Origin: Rhina ancylostomus
Lineage: Eukaryota
NCBI GenBank assembly: GCA_030265395.1
Contig: JARFYF010000074.1
Location: 96,206,756-96,270,755 of the forward strand
Length of the DNA: 64,000 nucleotides
Direction: 5' to 3'
The notes under the pieces are model-generated. The model worked only from the letters and a program-made list of their open reading frames with translations. It did no database searches and was not told the DNA's origin. This document shows positions 12,760 through 25,454 of the stretch, one piece after another (the first letter of the stretch is position 1; each line of letters opens with the position of its first letter). The translations under genes and the position numbers were made by a program.

Positions 12760-13200
12760 ACCACCGTGAGAACTCACAGTCCTGAGCCACGCCAAGACTG
12801 AGTGCCGTAAATAAACTCGCCCCTGGAGTTTCTTTACGGCAGCTCTCTTCTCTCACGACGCTGGGTCGCGGGGCGGGGAGAATCCGGCGAACCGGCTTAC
12901 GGCAGCAGCTGAGGGACGGACGTGGAAGCGGAGAGAGGGATGGCGGCGGCCGAGGACGGGCGGCTTGTGCCGGCAGACGATGGCAGCAGCAGCAGCAGCT
13001 GGTGGGTGTCAGCCTGGCTTGGCTTGCGGTCGGCTTGAAACGGCAGGGAGCCGGCGGGCCTTGAATGTGCCCAGAGTGGCGGTGCCTCTCTAGCGGGTAC
13101 GAGTGGCTCTACACCATCGAGCCCAGGCGAAGAGCCTGAAGCTGGACAGAGGATCGATTGGAGGGATGGGCTGAGTGTTTGACAGAGTCTCTTCATTTCA
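12760..13200. promoter_or_regulatory. CpG-island promoter of TBC1D23
   Basis: Abrupt GC and CpG enrichment in an AT-rich background; GC box GGGGCGGGG at 12870-12878; spans coding exon 1. Confidence 0.8.
12940..13001 (+). CDS. TBC1D23: TBC1 domain family member 23, coding exon 1 (MAAAEDGRLVPADDGSSSSSW)
   Basis: ATG in good Kozak context inside the CpG island; TG|gtgggt donor; phase 2 joins exon 2 to give W-DKDL. Confidence 0.85.
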
Positions 13201-14649
13201 GTTCCGTGTGTGTCANNNNNNNNNNNNNNNNNNNNNNNNNNNNNNNNNNNNNNNNNNNNNNNNNNNNNNNNNNNNNNNNNNNNNNNNNNNNNNNNNNNNN
13301 NNNNNNNNNNNNNNNCCGTGTGTGTCACTTCACCTCTAATGTAAGCCTGGTCACTTCCCCTCCTGTGGGAAATCAGGTCCGTCAAAGTCTGAATTCCGTG
13401 ATCAATGTGGAGATTGATAGTCGATAATACAACAAGGCTTTTCGGTTGTTTCCCCTCAGAAGATCGTACTGGTACAGCCTCAGTCACTTCACCAGTAGTG
13501 TTTCCAAGTGCTAGACTTGCCATAAGAAAATCGAGTATTTAAATATAAAATTTCAGGAAATGTGTAAATTTTAAACTGACATCTTATTGCTTTCTGACAT
13601 TCAGGCATTTTGTAGCAGTCTGCTGAGGAGGTTTGGGTGTTGAGGTAGAGAAGTTCTGTTTATATTGTCTGACCTTGTAAAAGAGTACTGTAGAGTGGGA
13701 TTTCTATCTGAAAATTACTTTGTAAGGCATTTTTGATTTGCAAAAGCACCATTCCAGACTTTATAACTTTCTTCCTTGCCATTAGCTGAAATTAATTTGT
13801 TTGAACTTAAAAAAAGTGTTTTTGCATTAAAATTGTAATTAACACCACAGAGTTAACGTTACTCTTCCTCAAATCTGCCNNNNNNNNNNNNNNNNNNNNN
13901 NNNNNNNNNNNNNNNNNNNNNNNNNNNNNNNNNNNNNNNNNNNNNNNNNNNNNNNNNNNNNNNNNNNNNNNNNNNNNNNNNNNNNNNNNNNNNNNNNNNN
14001 NNNNNNNNNNNNNNNNNNNNNNNNNNNNNNNNNNNNNNNNNNNNNNNNNNNNNNNNNNNNNNNNNNNNNNNNNNNNNNNNNNNNNNNNNNNNNNNNNNNN
14101 NNNNNNNNNNNNNNNNNNNNNNNNNNNNNNNNNNNNNNNNNNNNNNNNNNNNNNNNNNNNNNNNNNNNNNNNNNNNNNNNNNNNNNNNNNNNNNNNNNNN
14201 NNNNNNNNNNNNNNNNNNNNNNNNNNNNNNNNNNNNNNNNNNNNNNNNNNNNNNNNNNNNNNNNNNNNNNNNNNNNNNNNNNNNNNNNNNNNNNNNNNNN
14301 NNNNNNNNNNNNNNNNNNNNNNNNNNNNNNNNNNNNNNNNNNNNNNNNNNNNNNNNNNNNNNNNNNNNNNNNNNNNNNNNNNNNNNNNNNNNNNNNNNNN
14401 TATTTGACTGCTTTGGCATTGCAGTTTTTGCAGAGCGGAAACAATTATGACACTACAGTCTACAGGTTGTTTCACATTTGTCTAAATTTAATTTGTCAGT
14501 TGATCACTGGTATCATATTACAATTTCATACCAGTATCAAGAGGAAGCTGTTTTTAATTGGTCTCTTAGATAATTGTGAGAGTACAATGGCATTTATGAC
14601 TGGTGATGTACACTAATAAGACTCTTGGCTATGCATTGCTAACCACTCA

Positions 14650-15435
14650 CTGCAAAAAACAAACTGCTGGAGGAACTCAGCAGATCGAGCAGTATCTGTG
14701 AGGGGAAAGGAATTGCCGACATTTCAGGTTGAGACCCTGCATCAGGACCTAGGGTGGAGAGGGAAGGTAGCCAGTATAAAGGAAAAAGGAGAGGGGTTAT
14801 TAGGTGGGGTGAAGGATGATGGTATGGGAAAGGAAACAACAATGGGAGGACTAGAGATGGATCGGGGGGGGGAGGACGCAGGACGTAAGAGTCACCTGAA
14901 ATCAGAGGTCTTCCTATTTTGTCCCCTTTCCCAGAGATCCCATGCATCTACATCCCCCCCCCATCCCATTCTACCCATACATTTGGCCCACCTGAACCCC
15001 TCCCCATCTGGTTCTAACAGCCCTTCACCTCTCCCCTAATTGTTCCCATTATTACCTTCATTTCTTATCAGATTCCAGCACTGGTAGTCTTGTGTTCCTG
15101 CTTGTCATCCTCCAGCAGCTCTCTCCACCTTCACCCTTTCCTTCCCCCACCTGGCTCCACCTGCCCTTTTTCTCCCTCTTTGTCTGCTTCTACCTGTTAC
15201 CCACCTGCCTCTGTCTTCAAACTGCACCCTTCTCCAGCTATGCTCCATCTGCCTTTTATTCTTAACCACCTCCTTGATCCACCTATCACTTACTACCCCC
15301 TGTCTCATCCCTCCCCTTCTCTNNNNNNNNNNNNNNNNNGCAGGTCTCAACCCAACAATTCCTTTTCCCCCTCCCACAGATGCTGCTTGACCCACTGAAT
15401 TTGTTTTTTTGTTTCAGATTCCAGCATCTGCTGTC
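14650..15435. mobile_element. Penelope-derived non-autonomous element with inverted terminal arms
   Basis: The left arm 'aaactgctggaggaactcagc..gcagtatctgtg' is inverted relative to the right arm 'cacagatgctgcttgacccactga..ttccagcatctgc'. The interior switches from purine-rich to pyrimidine-rich. Confidence 0.6.
14715..14748 (-). ncRNA. Minimal hammerhead-ribozyme-like motif (variant core)
   Basis: Minus strand GTC-CTGATGC-A-GGGT-CTCA-ACCT-GAAA-T-GTC-GGC: helix II present, GUC cleavage triplet, CUGAUGC instead of CUGAUGA. Confidence 0.5.
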
Positions 15436-15479
15436 TTTTGTTTCTCCTAACCACTCACAGTTTGGGGAAAAACGAAGGC

Positions 15480-16360
15480 TCACAACGTTTTCTTTGGTTC
15501 TTTTGTCAATCTTTCTTTCATTCTATATGCTATGGTTTTGGACATAGCACTAATTTAAATGGTTTCTTTCTATGCACTTGGTATGGCCCCTTCATGATTT
15601 TGAATACAGCTGTTGGATCCTGTCTCAACAATTTCTGTTCCATGGAGAACAACTCCAACTTCTCCAGTGTACCATGTAACTAAAATCCTTCATTCCTAGA
15701 ATCACTTCAGTAAACAACTTCCGCACCCTTTTCAAAATCTCCGTTATTTTTTTTTAAGTATAATGTCCTGAACTGGCCTCAATGCTCCAGTTCCAAGTGA
15801 ATGGTTTTATGACAGTTCGTCATGAGGTTCCCAATTGTTTTGCTTTAAGTGCTACTTATAAACATTTTATGCACATATTTTCCCGGATATTACTGCAACT
15901 ATTCCCTTTTTAGAATTGTGCCGCCTTCTTTATTTTGCCCCTCCCATATTTTTCCTCCTGTAATGCTTTGCAACTTTGTGTTGAGTTTCATCTGCCATGT
16001 ACCTACACTCTCCACCAGCCTGCATCCTTCCAAAGTTTGATATTATCTTCCTCATGGATCACTCTGCTTGCAAGTTCCCTACCTTCTGCAGATTTGGAAA
16101 TTATGTCCTTTAAGTCATCAATGTGAAGAATCATTAACATATTAAAAAAACAGTGTTCCTAGTTACCCCCACCCCCCCCCAACCCTTTCCCTGGGGAGTT
16201 GCCTGTGCACTTCCCTCTAGTCCAAAAATCAACCATTCACTATTACTCTGTTTCCGGTCACTAAGCAATTTTCTGTCTATATCACTGCTGCCCCTTTTAT
16301 TTCATAGACTTCAGTCTTGACCACAAGTCTTTTATGCAGCAGTCCATGAAATACCTTTTA
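15480..16360 (-). mobile_element. Old degenerate CR1-type LINE fragment
   Basis: Reverse-strand CR1 RT and C-terminal remnants (ttctgcagatttgg, ccccttcatgattttgaatac). Confidence 0.55.
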
Positions 16361-17129
16361 AAAGTATGTATCTCTTTAACCAAATTTACCTTATTGATCC
16401 ACTGGATGGGCTGAAAATTGAAAAATGGCAGATACTGGAAAAAACTTGGGCACACTTAAGCGAATTATTTACTGTTTCATGGGAGTCAAGGGGTATTAGG
16501 AGAGTCCTGGAAAGTGGTGTTGAGGTCAAGATTGGATTAGCCTTGATCTTACTGAGTGTCAGATTAGACCTATGTTCTCATAAATGAACATAAATAATTT
16601 GGCTTTAACTAATTTGATGGAACATAATAAAGCCATGCTGCTTTTCTCTAATCAATCCACACTCTTCCAAGTTACTGCTAATACTGTCTTTGATTATTGT
16701 TCCCCAAAACTTCCCTCCCACCAACAGTGGAATATTTGCAACTCCAGTCCCCAGATGCTACCCCAGCATCTACAGATATTTGGAAGATGACAGTCAATAC
16801 TTCTGCAGTTTTTACCCTTTGCTCAAAAACCTGGGATGCATCCCTTTTGGACCAAGTGATACTTGCACTTTAGAATGCAGTTAGTTTTTCCAATGTTATT
16901 TCTCGCTTGTTAGCTAATCCAGTCTCTTAAATACATTTACATGCTGAGACTCTATAAACGGGATCTTCCTTGCTAAAGACCAATGTAAAGTAACTCTCCC
17001 TTCAATGAGTGAATCTCCTGTTCCCATGATCTTCACTCTTTTTCAAGCAGAAGCAAAAAAGCTTGCAGTTTCAAGCAGTATTAGGAGAGTAAGACTATCT
17101 GACAATGCAGTGAAANNNNNNTTTACAGA

Positions 17130-18990
17130 GCAAGTAATGTAAATAGTTGACTTGTACAATAAAACAATATCCTTTTTATTTAAAAAATTGCAGTAAACAA
17201 TATGAATTTTAAAAAAGTACCTATGTACATGAACATTTTAAAGAGCAGAATAATGCAAATAGTACTTTAAAACTTTGGTGATCAGAAGTTTGCCTATTGC
17301 TCATTGCCTTCATTCATGCAGTATTTGTAGTCAATCACTGCAATTCTAATAAGGCAGTCCAAATGTTTATTGGTCAATTAGTTCCACTGTTTTCTTTTTA
17401 CAATATTTAGGGCATGCATTGCATTTTCTGTGCACATTGTTTTAGAAATGGGTATTGTGTATCCAGGGCTATGTCCCAGAAAGGATGAAAACCTGTCTTA
17501 AGTTCAGACTTCACGATGTAATTTGCCTGAAGTTCCAAAATTTCACTCTACACCAGTCATAACAAATATTTGCAGTGACTGGCAATGGAGATGATATCAT
17601 AAGTATAAGCAGTTTTCAATGAAGTTAAAAAAATATCTTTTTGTACTTCATTATATCATTAAATTTAGACTCAAATCCTTTTTTGAAAATCTGTTGTAAT
17701 GTGTAACAAGAAACATGTCAATGGGAAGTTTCTGTTTCCCGTGCAACTGCAGATTTGGTACATTCAGATGGTAGGTGACATCAGTCAAAAATGCTAGCTT
17801 AATTATCCACTCTGTATTTTCCAAGGCTTTCTCATGTGTCTGTTTAGTTTCAAGCAATTCACAAATCTGAGGAAGAAGATCCAAAAATCTTACAAGGTCC
17901 CTGCCACACTATAAACCTTTCACTGCATTGTCAGATAGTCTTACTCTCCTAATACTGCTTGAAACTGCAAGTGATCAATGTCTTGAAACAAGAAAATTGA
18001 CCACCTTTTATCACCAACTGCATGGTATTTTGCACTTCGTATGTATTTACTTGTACTTTTTTAGTGTATGATGCACAGGAAATTTGGTTATTTCTTTCAT
18101 TTCCCCTTCAGGTCAATCAATCCACTCTCCTTCCCTCTACTGCGCACACCATCTGTATACACAGATGTTACTTCTGTCCAAAGTTATTGTCAGCAAAAAA
18201 AATTGAGATGGGCAGTCAAAATGTTTTTCAATTTTCAAAGATATTAAACACAGCAGTTCTTCCCAAACTTGTTCTACTTTCTGAAAATGAACATAGATAC
18301 AAAATTGTAAGACAACATGCAGATCTGTATTTTCATCCAATTCTAAGCTAAAACATGGTTCTGTCAAAATATGCACTGTTAACAGTTGTCTGAATTTTTT
18401 TTCTATTTTCTGTACCCTTTTCATTCTGGTTTTGTCAGATAATTGCAATCATATTATTTCTTTTAGAGTTATTATTTGAAATCAACATGTAGGATTTCCA
18501 TAGAAGGAAAAAGAATACTCTCTGCATTAGTAAATTCCATTTGTTATGTCTTGCTGGAATCCATGTCGTGTCAATGGACACTTCTGTTATATTCTCTGCA
18601 ACAGTCTCTCATTTTGTTTTTCTGCCTTCTTGGTGAAGCAGCAAGTTGTTCAATTTAACTTTTTTTTGGGTTACTACAGGTAGGTAAATTTCACTTAAAT
18701 TTGCATGCACCATTATGTATTTGTTCTAAATTACAGCATTTAAAAGCAGAACATCTGATAAATTCAACAAATAGGCTTTATACGTGTTTCGTTACACGTG
18801 AAGAAAAACTTTTCAGGCCACTTTCCTTGAAACATCTGTTTTTTAATCTTATGAAGCCTATACCTTTCTCTTTTGCTTTTGGCTTGGTTATAGTCTTATT
18901 ATGACCATTACTAGCCTACTTTATTTTCTGCAGTTGTTGCACATTGTTAACATCCACAGTTGTGTCCTTATTTGGTTTTGTTCCTGTTTC
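17130..18990 (-). mobile_element. Decayed hAT DNA transposon (Charlie/SPIN, GTF2IRD2/EPM2AIP1-like transposase)
   Basis: Broken ORFs 'FSLELDENTDL..LQFCIYV..EELLCLISLK' and 'EWIIKLAFLTDVTYHLN..NLQLHGK'; frameshifts and stops; boundaries approximate. Confidence 0.8.
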
Positions 18991-19088
18991 ACTTTCCAAT
19001 TTTATCTTCAATGGATTTACAAATCAATCCATTCTTTTCCGTGGCCATAAAAATAAATTATGATGACACAAACGGTTCAAAACTTGGT

Positions 19089-19385
19089 TATAAGATAAGA
19101 TCTTTATTAGTCACATGTACATTGCAACACACAGTGAAATGCATCTTTTGTGTAGAGTGTTCTGGGGGCAGCCCGCAAGTGTTGCCACACTTCTAGTGTC
19201 AACATAGCACGCCCACAACTTCCTAACCTGTACATGTTTGGAATGTGGGAGGACACCTGAGCACCCAGAGGAAACCCATGCAAACATGAGGAGAACGTAC
19301 AAACCACAGACAGTGGCCAGAATTGAACCCCAGTCGCTGGCACTATAATAGCATTATGCTAACCACTACACTACCGTGCCTGCCC
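19089..19385 (-). mobile_element. tRNA-derived V-SINE-like element with a non-CR1 tail
   Basis: Same head and core as the SINE at 1193; tail 'atgcatttcactgtgtgttgcaatgtacatgtgactaataaa' plus (TCTTA)n. Confidence 0.85.
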
Positions 19386-22300
19386 TTGTTGATAGGGAAT
19401 TATTTCTGTATGATTATCACATGTAGGCCAGAGCTATAATTGTAACAAGTCTTTATAGTACTGATTACAAGCAATGGAATTCAATGAAAATTATTGAATA
19501 CATAGCATTTTGTTTAGTTCTGACACAAGAACAATAATTGATAGTGGATTAATAGTCCAGGGAATGTGACTGTGATAATGTTTGTTGAGGCCAAAGGTAG
19601 ATGGCAAGTTGGGCCACCCATTATTCTATGCATAATTTTTGAGTCCAAAGAGTCTTTAATGATACTTCCCTGATACAATCATCCTCGTTGCCTCTATTCT
19701 CGTATATATTGTCTTCATCACACTTGGTTCGTTCATTCGTGTGCTTCCTTTTGATGGCTGTTGTCAGCCATCTGGTATATCTCATTTGTTTACCTATTTT
19801 TCAGTATTCAGTAGTCCTGGCTCTATTTCAATGCACCTCCTAAAGAACTAACTTGCTTTGCTGTTGTGCAAGCTCTTTGTCTAATCTGTCCTAACTTGGA
19901 CCTTGTCTCCTGTATATTTAACCAAATATCTTATACCTTGTGGATATGTCTCGCTCAGCCTACCATAATATTGNNNNNNNNNNNNNNNNNNNNNNNNNNN
20001 NNNNNNNNNNNNNNNNNNNNNNNNNNNNNNNNNNNNNNNNNNNNNNNNNNNNNNNNNNNNNNNNNNNNNNNNNNNNNNNNNNNNNNNNNNNNNNNNNNNN
20101 NNNNNNNNNNNNNNNNNNNNNNNNNNNNNNNNNNNNNNNNNNNNNNNNNNNNNNNNNNNNNNNNNNNNNNNNNNNNNNNNNNNNNNNNNNNNNNNNNNNN
20201 NNNNNNNNNNNNNNNNNNNNNNNNNNNNNNNNNNNNNNNNNNNNNNNNNNNNNNNNNNNNNNNNNNNNNNNNNNNNNNNNNNNNNNNNNNNNNNNNNNNN
20301 NNNNNNNNNNNNNNNNNNNNNNNNNNNNNNNNNNNNNNNNNNNNNNNNNNNNNNNNNNNNNNNNNNNNNNNNNNNNNNNNNNNNNNNNNNNNNNNNNNNN
20401 NNNNNNNNNNNNNNNNNNNNNNNNNNNNNNNNNNNNNNNNNNNNNNNNNNNNNNNNNNNNNNNNNNNNNNNNNNNNNNNNNNNNNNNNNNNNNNNNNNNN
20501 NNNNNNCTTCCCATCTCATGGGAATATAGCAAGAATGTATTTGGATCATTTCCTACAAGTACAATTCCTGGTTTCCCTACCAGTTTTTGATTCTAATTTA
20601 GTTGAACCAGATGTGTTTTCATCCCATTGCAATTGGGCCTTTCTACAATTAAGAATCATAGACAATGTGTGGCGCAGAAGTTCAACCATTCCACTACAAT
20701 GTCTGTGCTAGTTTTTAAAAAATGCCAATGATGATGGGCGCCACATGTTGCCTTACCAGTTTTTCTCACTTATGCCACTATTTAATGTTGATCTTAAGTA
20801 GGTATTATTCACTTGGGCCATGTTTGGAATACACAATCCTGTTTCCACCTCCATGACAGAGCAACACAATTACTGGAATAAAGGTTTAGATTAGATGTAC
20901 AAGAAGGGCTAAGTCAATTAAGAAGGACCTTATCAAATAGCTTAGAAGAAGGGAACTCCTGAAGGCAAGCAAGAAAGGGAAGGGTTGAAATTGGATTAAG
21001 TAAGCTGTGGTAAATTTAACTGCTGATTTGGTTTCTGGGATAAACCTTGGTTGCTTTAAGGACTTTCTCAGTTCGCCATCACCACTTTAAAATTTCTTGG
21101 ACTGATCCTTTTGGTTTTTGCCAGCCATCTATTTTGTTGCTGAAAGCTGCATTTTTCTCTCTGTTGCTGGACTATGCTACAAGCTAGATTCTAACACTTA
21201 TACATAGCTCGTTGTGTTTTTATTGTTGCTAGTACATAGTAACTAGAACTGCTTATAGCTTTTCTGGACACCACTTTGTTCTTTCTCCGGATTCTCTGTT
21301 CTACTGCTTGTCTCATGAATTTCCCAGCCTCTGTTGCTATCGCCACCCTTCCCTGCCCCACCTGACTCCATCTTCCAATCAACCTTTCCTCAACTGGATC
21401 CACCTATTGCTTGCCATCTCTTGCCCCACTCCTTCCCCTCATCTCTTTATACTGGCCATCTTGCCTCTACTCTTTCTGTTCACATGAAGGATCTCAACTC
21501 AAAACATAAGACATAAAGGAAGTCATAAGTTAAACAGTAGAACAAAGAATCCAGAGAAGGAACAAAGTGGTGTCTAGAAAAGCTAAAACTAGACGCTCCA
21601 CAGATGCTGCCTGACCTGGTGCAGCAGCTCATTTTTGCTCCAGATTCTAGCATTTGCAGTATCTTGTGTCCCCGTCTATTCCTGCTTTTGCTGACGCTCA
21701 TTGTAATATATCCTTACCACCATTTAAAAACTGGGTCCAGCCCAACTCTAAGTTCCCATGCATGTTTTTCTCACTTGGTTGCTGATCATTGGGAAGAGTT
21801 ATTGTTTTTCTCAGTTTTCACTATAGTCACTCTTATCTAGCCTTAACTCAGATTAAACCTAACCCTGCAGAACTTTGTCATCTTGTTAGATCCTGAAATG
21901 CAGACTCCACATTCACTTTGTCACCTACGTTGCATATCTCTGCAGTAACAACTGCACCAGCATGTGTCTCTACCTCTGCTATCCAAAGCATATCAATGAT
22001 TTTGTCACCTCCAGGCTCAATTAATCCAATGCTGTCTTTTCTCAATCCAGCCACTCAACTTCTCTCATGGGTAGTTAATAGTACCCTATCCTGACACAAA
22101 TCTCTCATAACCCATCATTCCTGTCCTTTGACAAATTAGCTTCCTATTCCTGGACCTAATGATATCAATTCTCAAACATAAATCCTACTTTATATACTGA
22201 ATTATCCTCATCTTTCACTTCATTGTACAACTTGTAATCTTCTGACTCTCAGTTCCAATGGATTGCACCTTCACTGTCTCTTGAAAAGGCAGGAGAGTTT

Positions 22301-23104
22301 TCAACTGCCAAATCTATGACCATATGTTAATGTGCCATTGGAGCATTCCATGTAAATGTTAGTTGTTTCTGCCTTTTCCTCCTTAAGCTGGTAACTTGTG
22401 CTACGCAATTGTTCTCCGGTATTTCATTATGAACCTGGAAGATGAATGTTACAAACTTGGTTTACTGTATGGATGAGATCATTACAGTGGAGCTTTTACT
22501 TGTTGAGAATCACTCTCATCTTGACATCAATATTCCTAAGTCTGTCAGCATTACTTCTTTTGCCCTCCCACTCCATCAAATGAGCTGTGTCTTGGGAAGA
22601 TGGAGAGAGAAAGAATGTTTTGTTGCACAACATTCAATGTTGGGTAAGAAAATATTTCCTCCGACTAAATATTTAGAAGCTATTTTCTTGTTTCTTTTCC
22701 TAGTTAAGCAATTTAATGTTAAAATTCCCTTTCATTTTCAAGTTGCTCTGTGACTTTACTATTCCTTTGCAATTTCTTCCAGCACCACACTTCAAGATAT
22801 CGATGCCTTTGCTGAGATTATAGCCTCTTGATAGTCTCTGAAGTTATTTGCTACACTTTTGCAGCAAAGCTTTGGAACGGAATTGGAGATTGTATTTTCT
22901 TATGCTCCTTTGAAGGGCCTTTGGATATTTCACTACGTAAAGATGTTGTACAAATGCAAATTATTGTTGAACAATATAGTGTGTTAGCAATCCTTGATTC
23001 TTACTCTTTCCTTAGTCCTTTTTGTTCTTGCTGCCCCCAATTCCTCTTTGTCTGAACGGTTACCTTGTTCAGACTAAAAGTCAAACTTGGAATATTCTTT
23101 GATT

Positions 23105-24350
23105 ATCAAAAAGCTGCAGATGCCAGAAACTAAAATAAAAATGGAAAATGCTGGAAAGACACAGCAAATCGGACAGTGAATGTGGAAAGAGCAACAGAGT
23201 TAATGTTTGAAGTGAAAGATCTCTGATCAGAACTGGACATGTGAGAAAGCAAGCTAGGTTTAAATTCCAAAGAGGGTGTGGGAGTAATGGATGGGACAAA
23301 GGGAATATCTCTGGTAAGGTGAGGTCAGGGTTGTTGAGGTCATTCCAAAGTTTACCAAGTGCCTGGTTAATAAATTAATGAGGGCAGTTAGAGACAGAGA
23401 AAACAATTAGAGGGAGATACAAAGTTATGAAATGCAGGTAAGAGCTGTTGCCAAATCTGAAGCCAAAAGGAGAATTCTAGAAATGCTCAGGAGATCAAAC
23501 AGTGTCTGTGGAAAGAGAAAAAAATCTGAGCTAATATTACAGATGGATAACTTGCAAAAGAACTGGCTAATTTGGATGCAAACAGAAAAAGGAAATTATC
23601 TGAAATCATTGAATTCAGTAGCAAGACCTGAAGGCTCCAATGTGCCCATACAGAAGATGAAATGGTATTCTTTGATTTTCTGTGAACTTCTTTGGAACAG
23701 TATAGGAGGCCAGAGGCAGGGATGTCATTGTAGGAGTATGATGAAGAATTAAAGTCATAAGCAATTGAAAGCTTAGGGTTACTCTTGTGGAGTGATTAGA
23801 ATTGTTCTGCAAAGTGTTTCTCCAATGTGGAGAAGATTACATTGTGAGTACTGAATGTAATGCGCAAGGTTGGAGTAAGTGCAAGTGAATTACTGCTTCA
23901 CCTTGAAGGATCATTTGGATCCCTGAATGGTGGGAAGGGATGAGGTAAAAGGACAGGTTTTGAAGGAGTGGTTTGCAGAGATGGAACAGTGAAGCAGAGA
24001 GTCATGAAGAGACTGATTCTATTGGAATGCTGAAAGGTATGGATGATGTATCTGGTGGTAGAATCCCTTTGAAGATGGTGTAAGATATAGAAAATGTTCT
24101 GTTGAGTACGAAGGCTGCTGAAGTGGAAGGTGAGGATAAGGGGACCTATATCCTTGTTCTAGCAGGGAGAGAAGAGAAAAACAAAGTATGGGAATAGAGC
24201 ATGTGCAGTTGAGAGTCTCTGGCTTCCAGTGAAGAAAAAAGGAAGATGTCTAGAGGCACATGTGTAAAGCCTTGCCTTCAGAGCAGATACAAAAGAGAAG
24301 GAAAACTGGGAAAATGGAACGGTGTCTTTCTGGGAAGCAATGTGGGAGGA
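23105..24350 (-). mobile_element. Decayed Penelope-like retroelement (GIY-YIG endonuclease remnant plus tandem terminal repeats)
   Basis: Minus strand ~23910-23820 reads FKVKQ*FTCTYSNLAHYIQYSQCNLLHIGE; terminal-repeat copies at ~23110-23240 and ~23450-23570. Confidence 0.75.
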
Positions 24351-25454
24351 ACTATAATCAANNNNNNNNNNNNNNNNNNNNNNNNNNTAATGGACACTAT
24401 GCTGCCCAATCTACTTTGTGTATCCAACACTTGCTGTTTGTAATGCTGGACTACATTAGTGCTGTTCTCTGTGTGAAGCTCTTAACCTACTTCTGCTCAT
24501 CATATAATATAACATTCCTCTTTTAAAAGTACCCGCAGTTTACTGCTAATTTGCAGTCAATTTGAGTTTTGATCTGATGAAAGTGGCGCTTTATATATAA
24601 ATTCTTACACTTTATAAATTACTGCCCAAATGTTTTTATGTTCCTGTTAATTTAAAAGGATGATTTGTTTTTTTTGGAACTGTTATTCTAAATTTCAAAG
24701 TATTGTTATTTTAAGATTCTTTACACAGTATCTTTTCATGGCAACAAAAATGTTTTAAAGGGAAATATCAGTGTTAACTGGAAATGCGTTAATGCAAGAG
24801 TAATTGATCAATGGATGCACATTCATTGAGAGTAACCATAGAAGTTTGCAGCACTGAAGGGAGTTCTCACTCTGAAAATTTGAAATTGATATGCTCAATT
24901 GGAGCAATTGTTCATCGTAACAAAATCCTTCATAAATTAAAAGATTTTTTGAAATATTCTCAATGTTCATTTTAGTTGAAATGGCTCCAATATCTTAAAA
25001 TTCAAATAATTATAGTTCCTCACTGATAAATTTGCATTAACACTGCGGCTTTATTGCCCTTCCCTAATGTGTATGCTAAACCACACACTGCTCTATGACC
25101 CTATGATTACTTCATGCAAAGTTATTATTACATCTTTGTTCTTGTGATTTTTTTTGCCATTATCCTCAAAACTCAAACATACTATTGACTTATTTTGCAG
25201 TCTAGATTTTTTCAATTTTCCTTGTATTCATCTAAAGCTTTGCAAATAGAACTTATTAATCTTAGTTGCCTTACATTTAAGGAAATGTATTTTTACCCTT
25301 AAGTTTCAGTTTTGATCAAGATTCTTTAACAACTTTCATTTGGTTATGTACTACATTATATAATTGTCAGGGTAAAGTTTACTCTCACCTTATTCTGTGC
25401 TGTAAATAACACCTGCCACTTTTCTGTCTTTCCACCCACATCAGACTGAGAACT

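Noticed and set aside
13204-13327. CCGTGTGTGTCA on both sides of a gap
   Set aside because: Gap-edge overlap or collapsed short tandem repeat; cannot be interpreted
12897-13523. 208-aa minus-strand ORF over the CpG island
   Set aside because: Antisense to TBC1D23 exon 1, in GC-rich stop-poor sequence, spans an N gap, and shows no recognisable domain
13807-20711. Long ORFs at 13807-14475 and 19866-20711
   Set aside because: Made almost entirely of N-derived X residues
23200-23240. Hammerhead-like motif in a Penelope repeat
   Set aside because: Core is mutated (CTGATCA and CAAA), so predicted inactive; likewise the copies at ~21480 and ~31780
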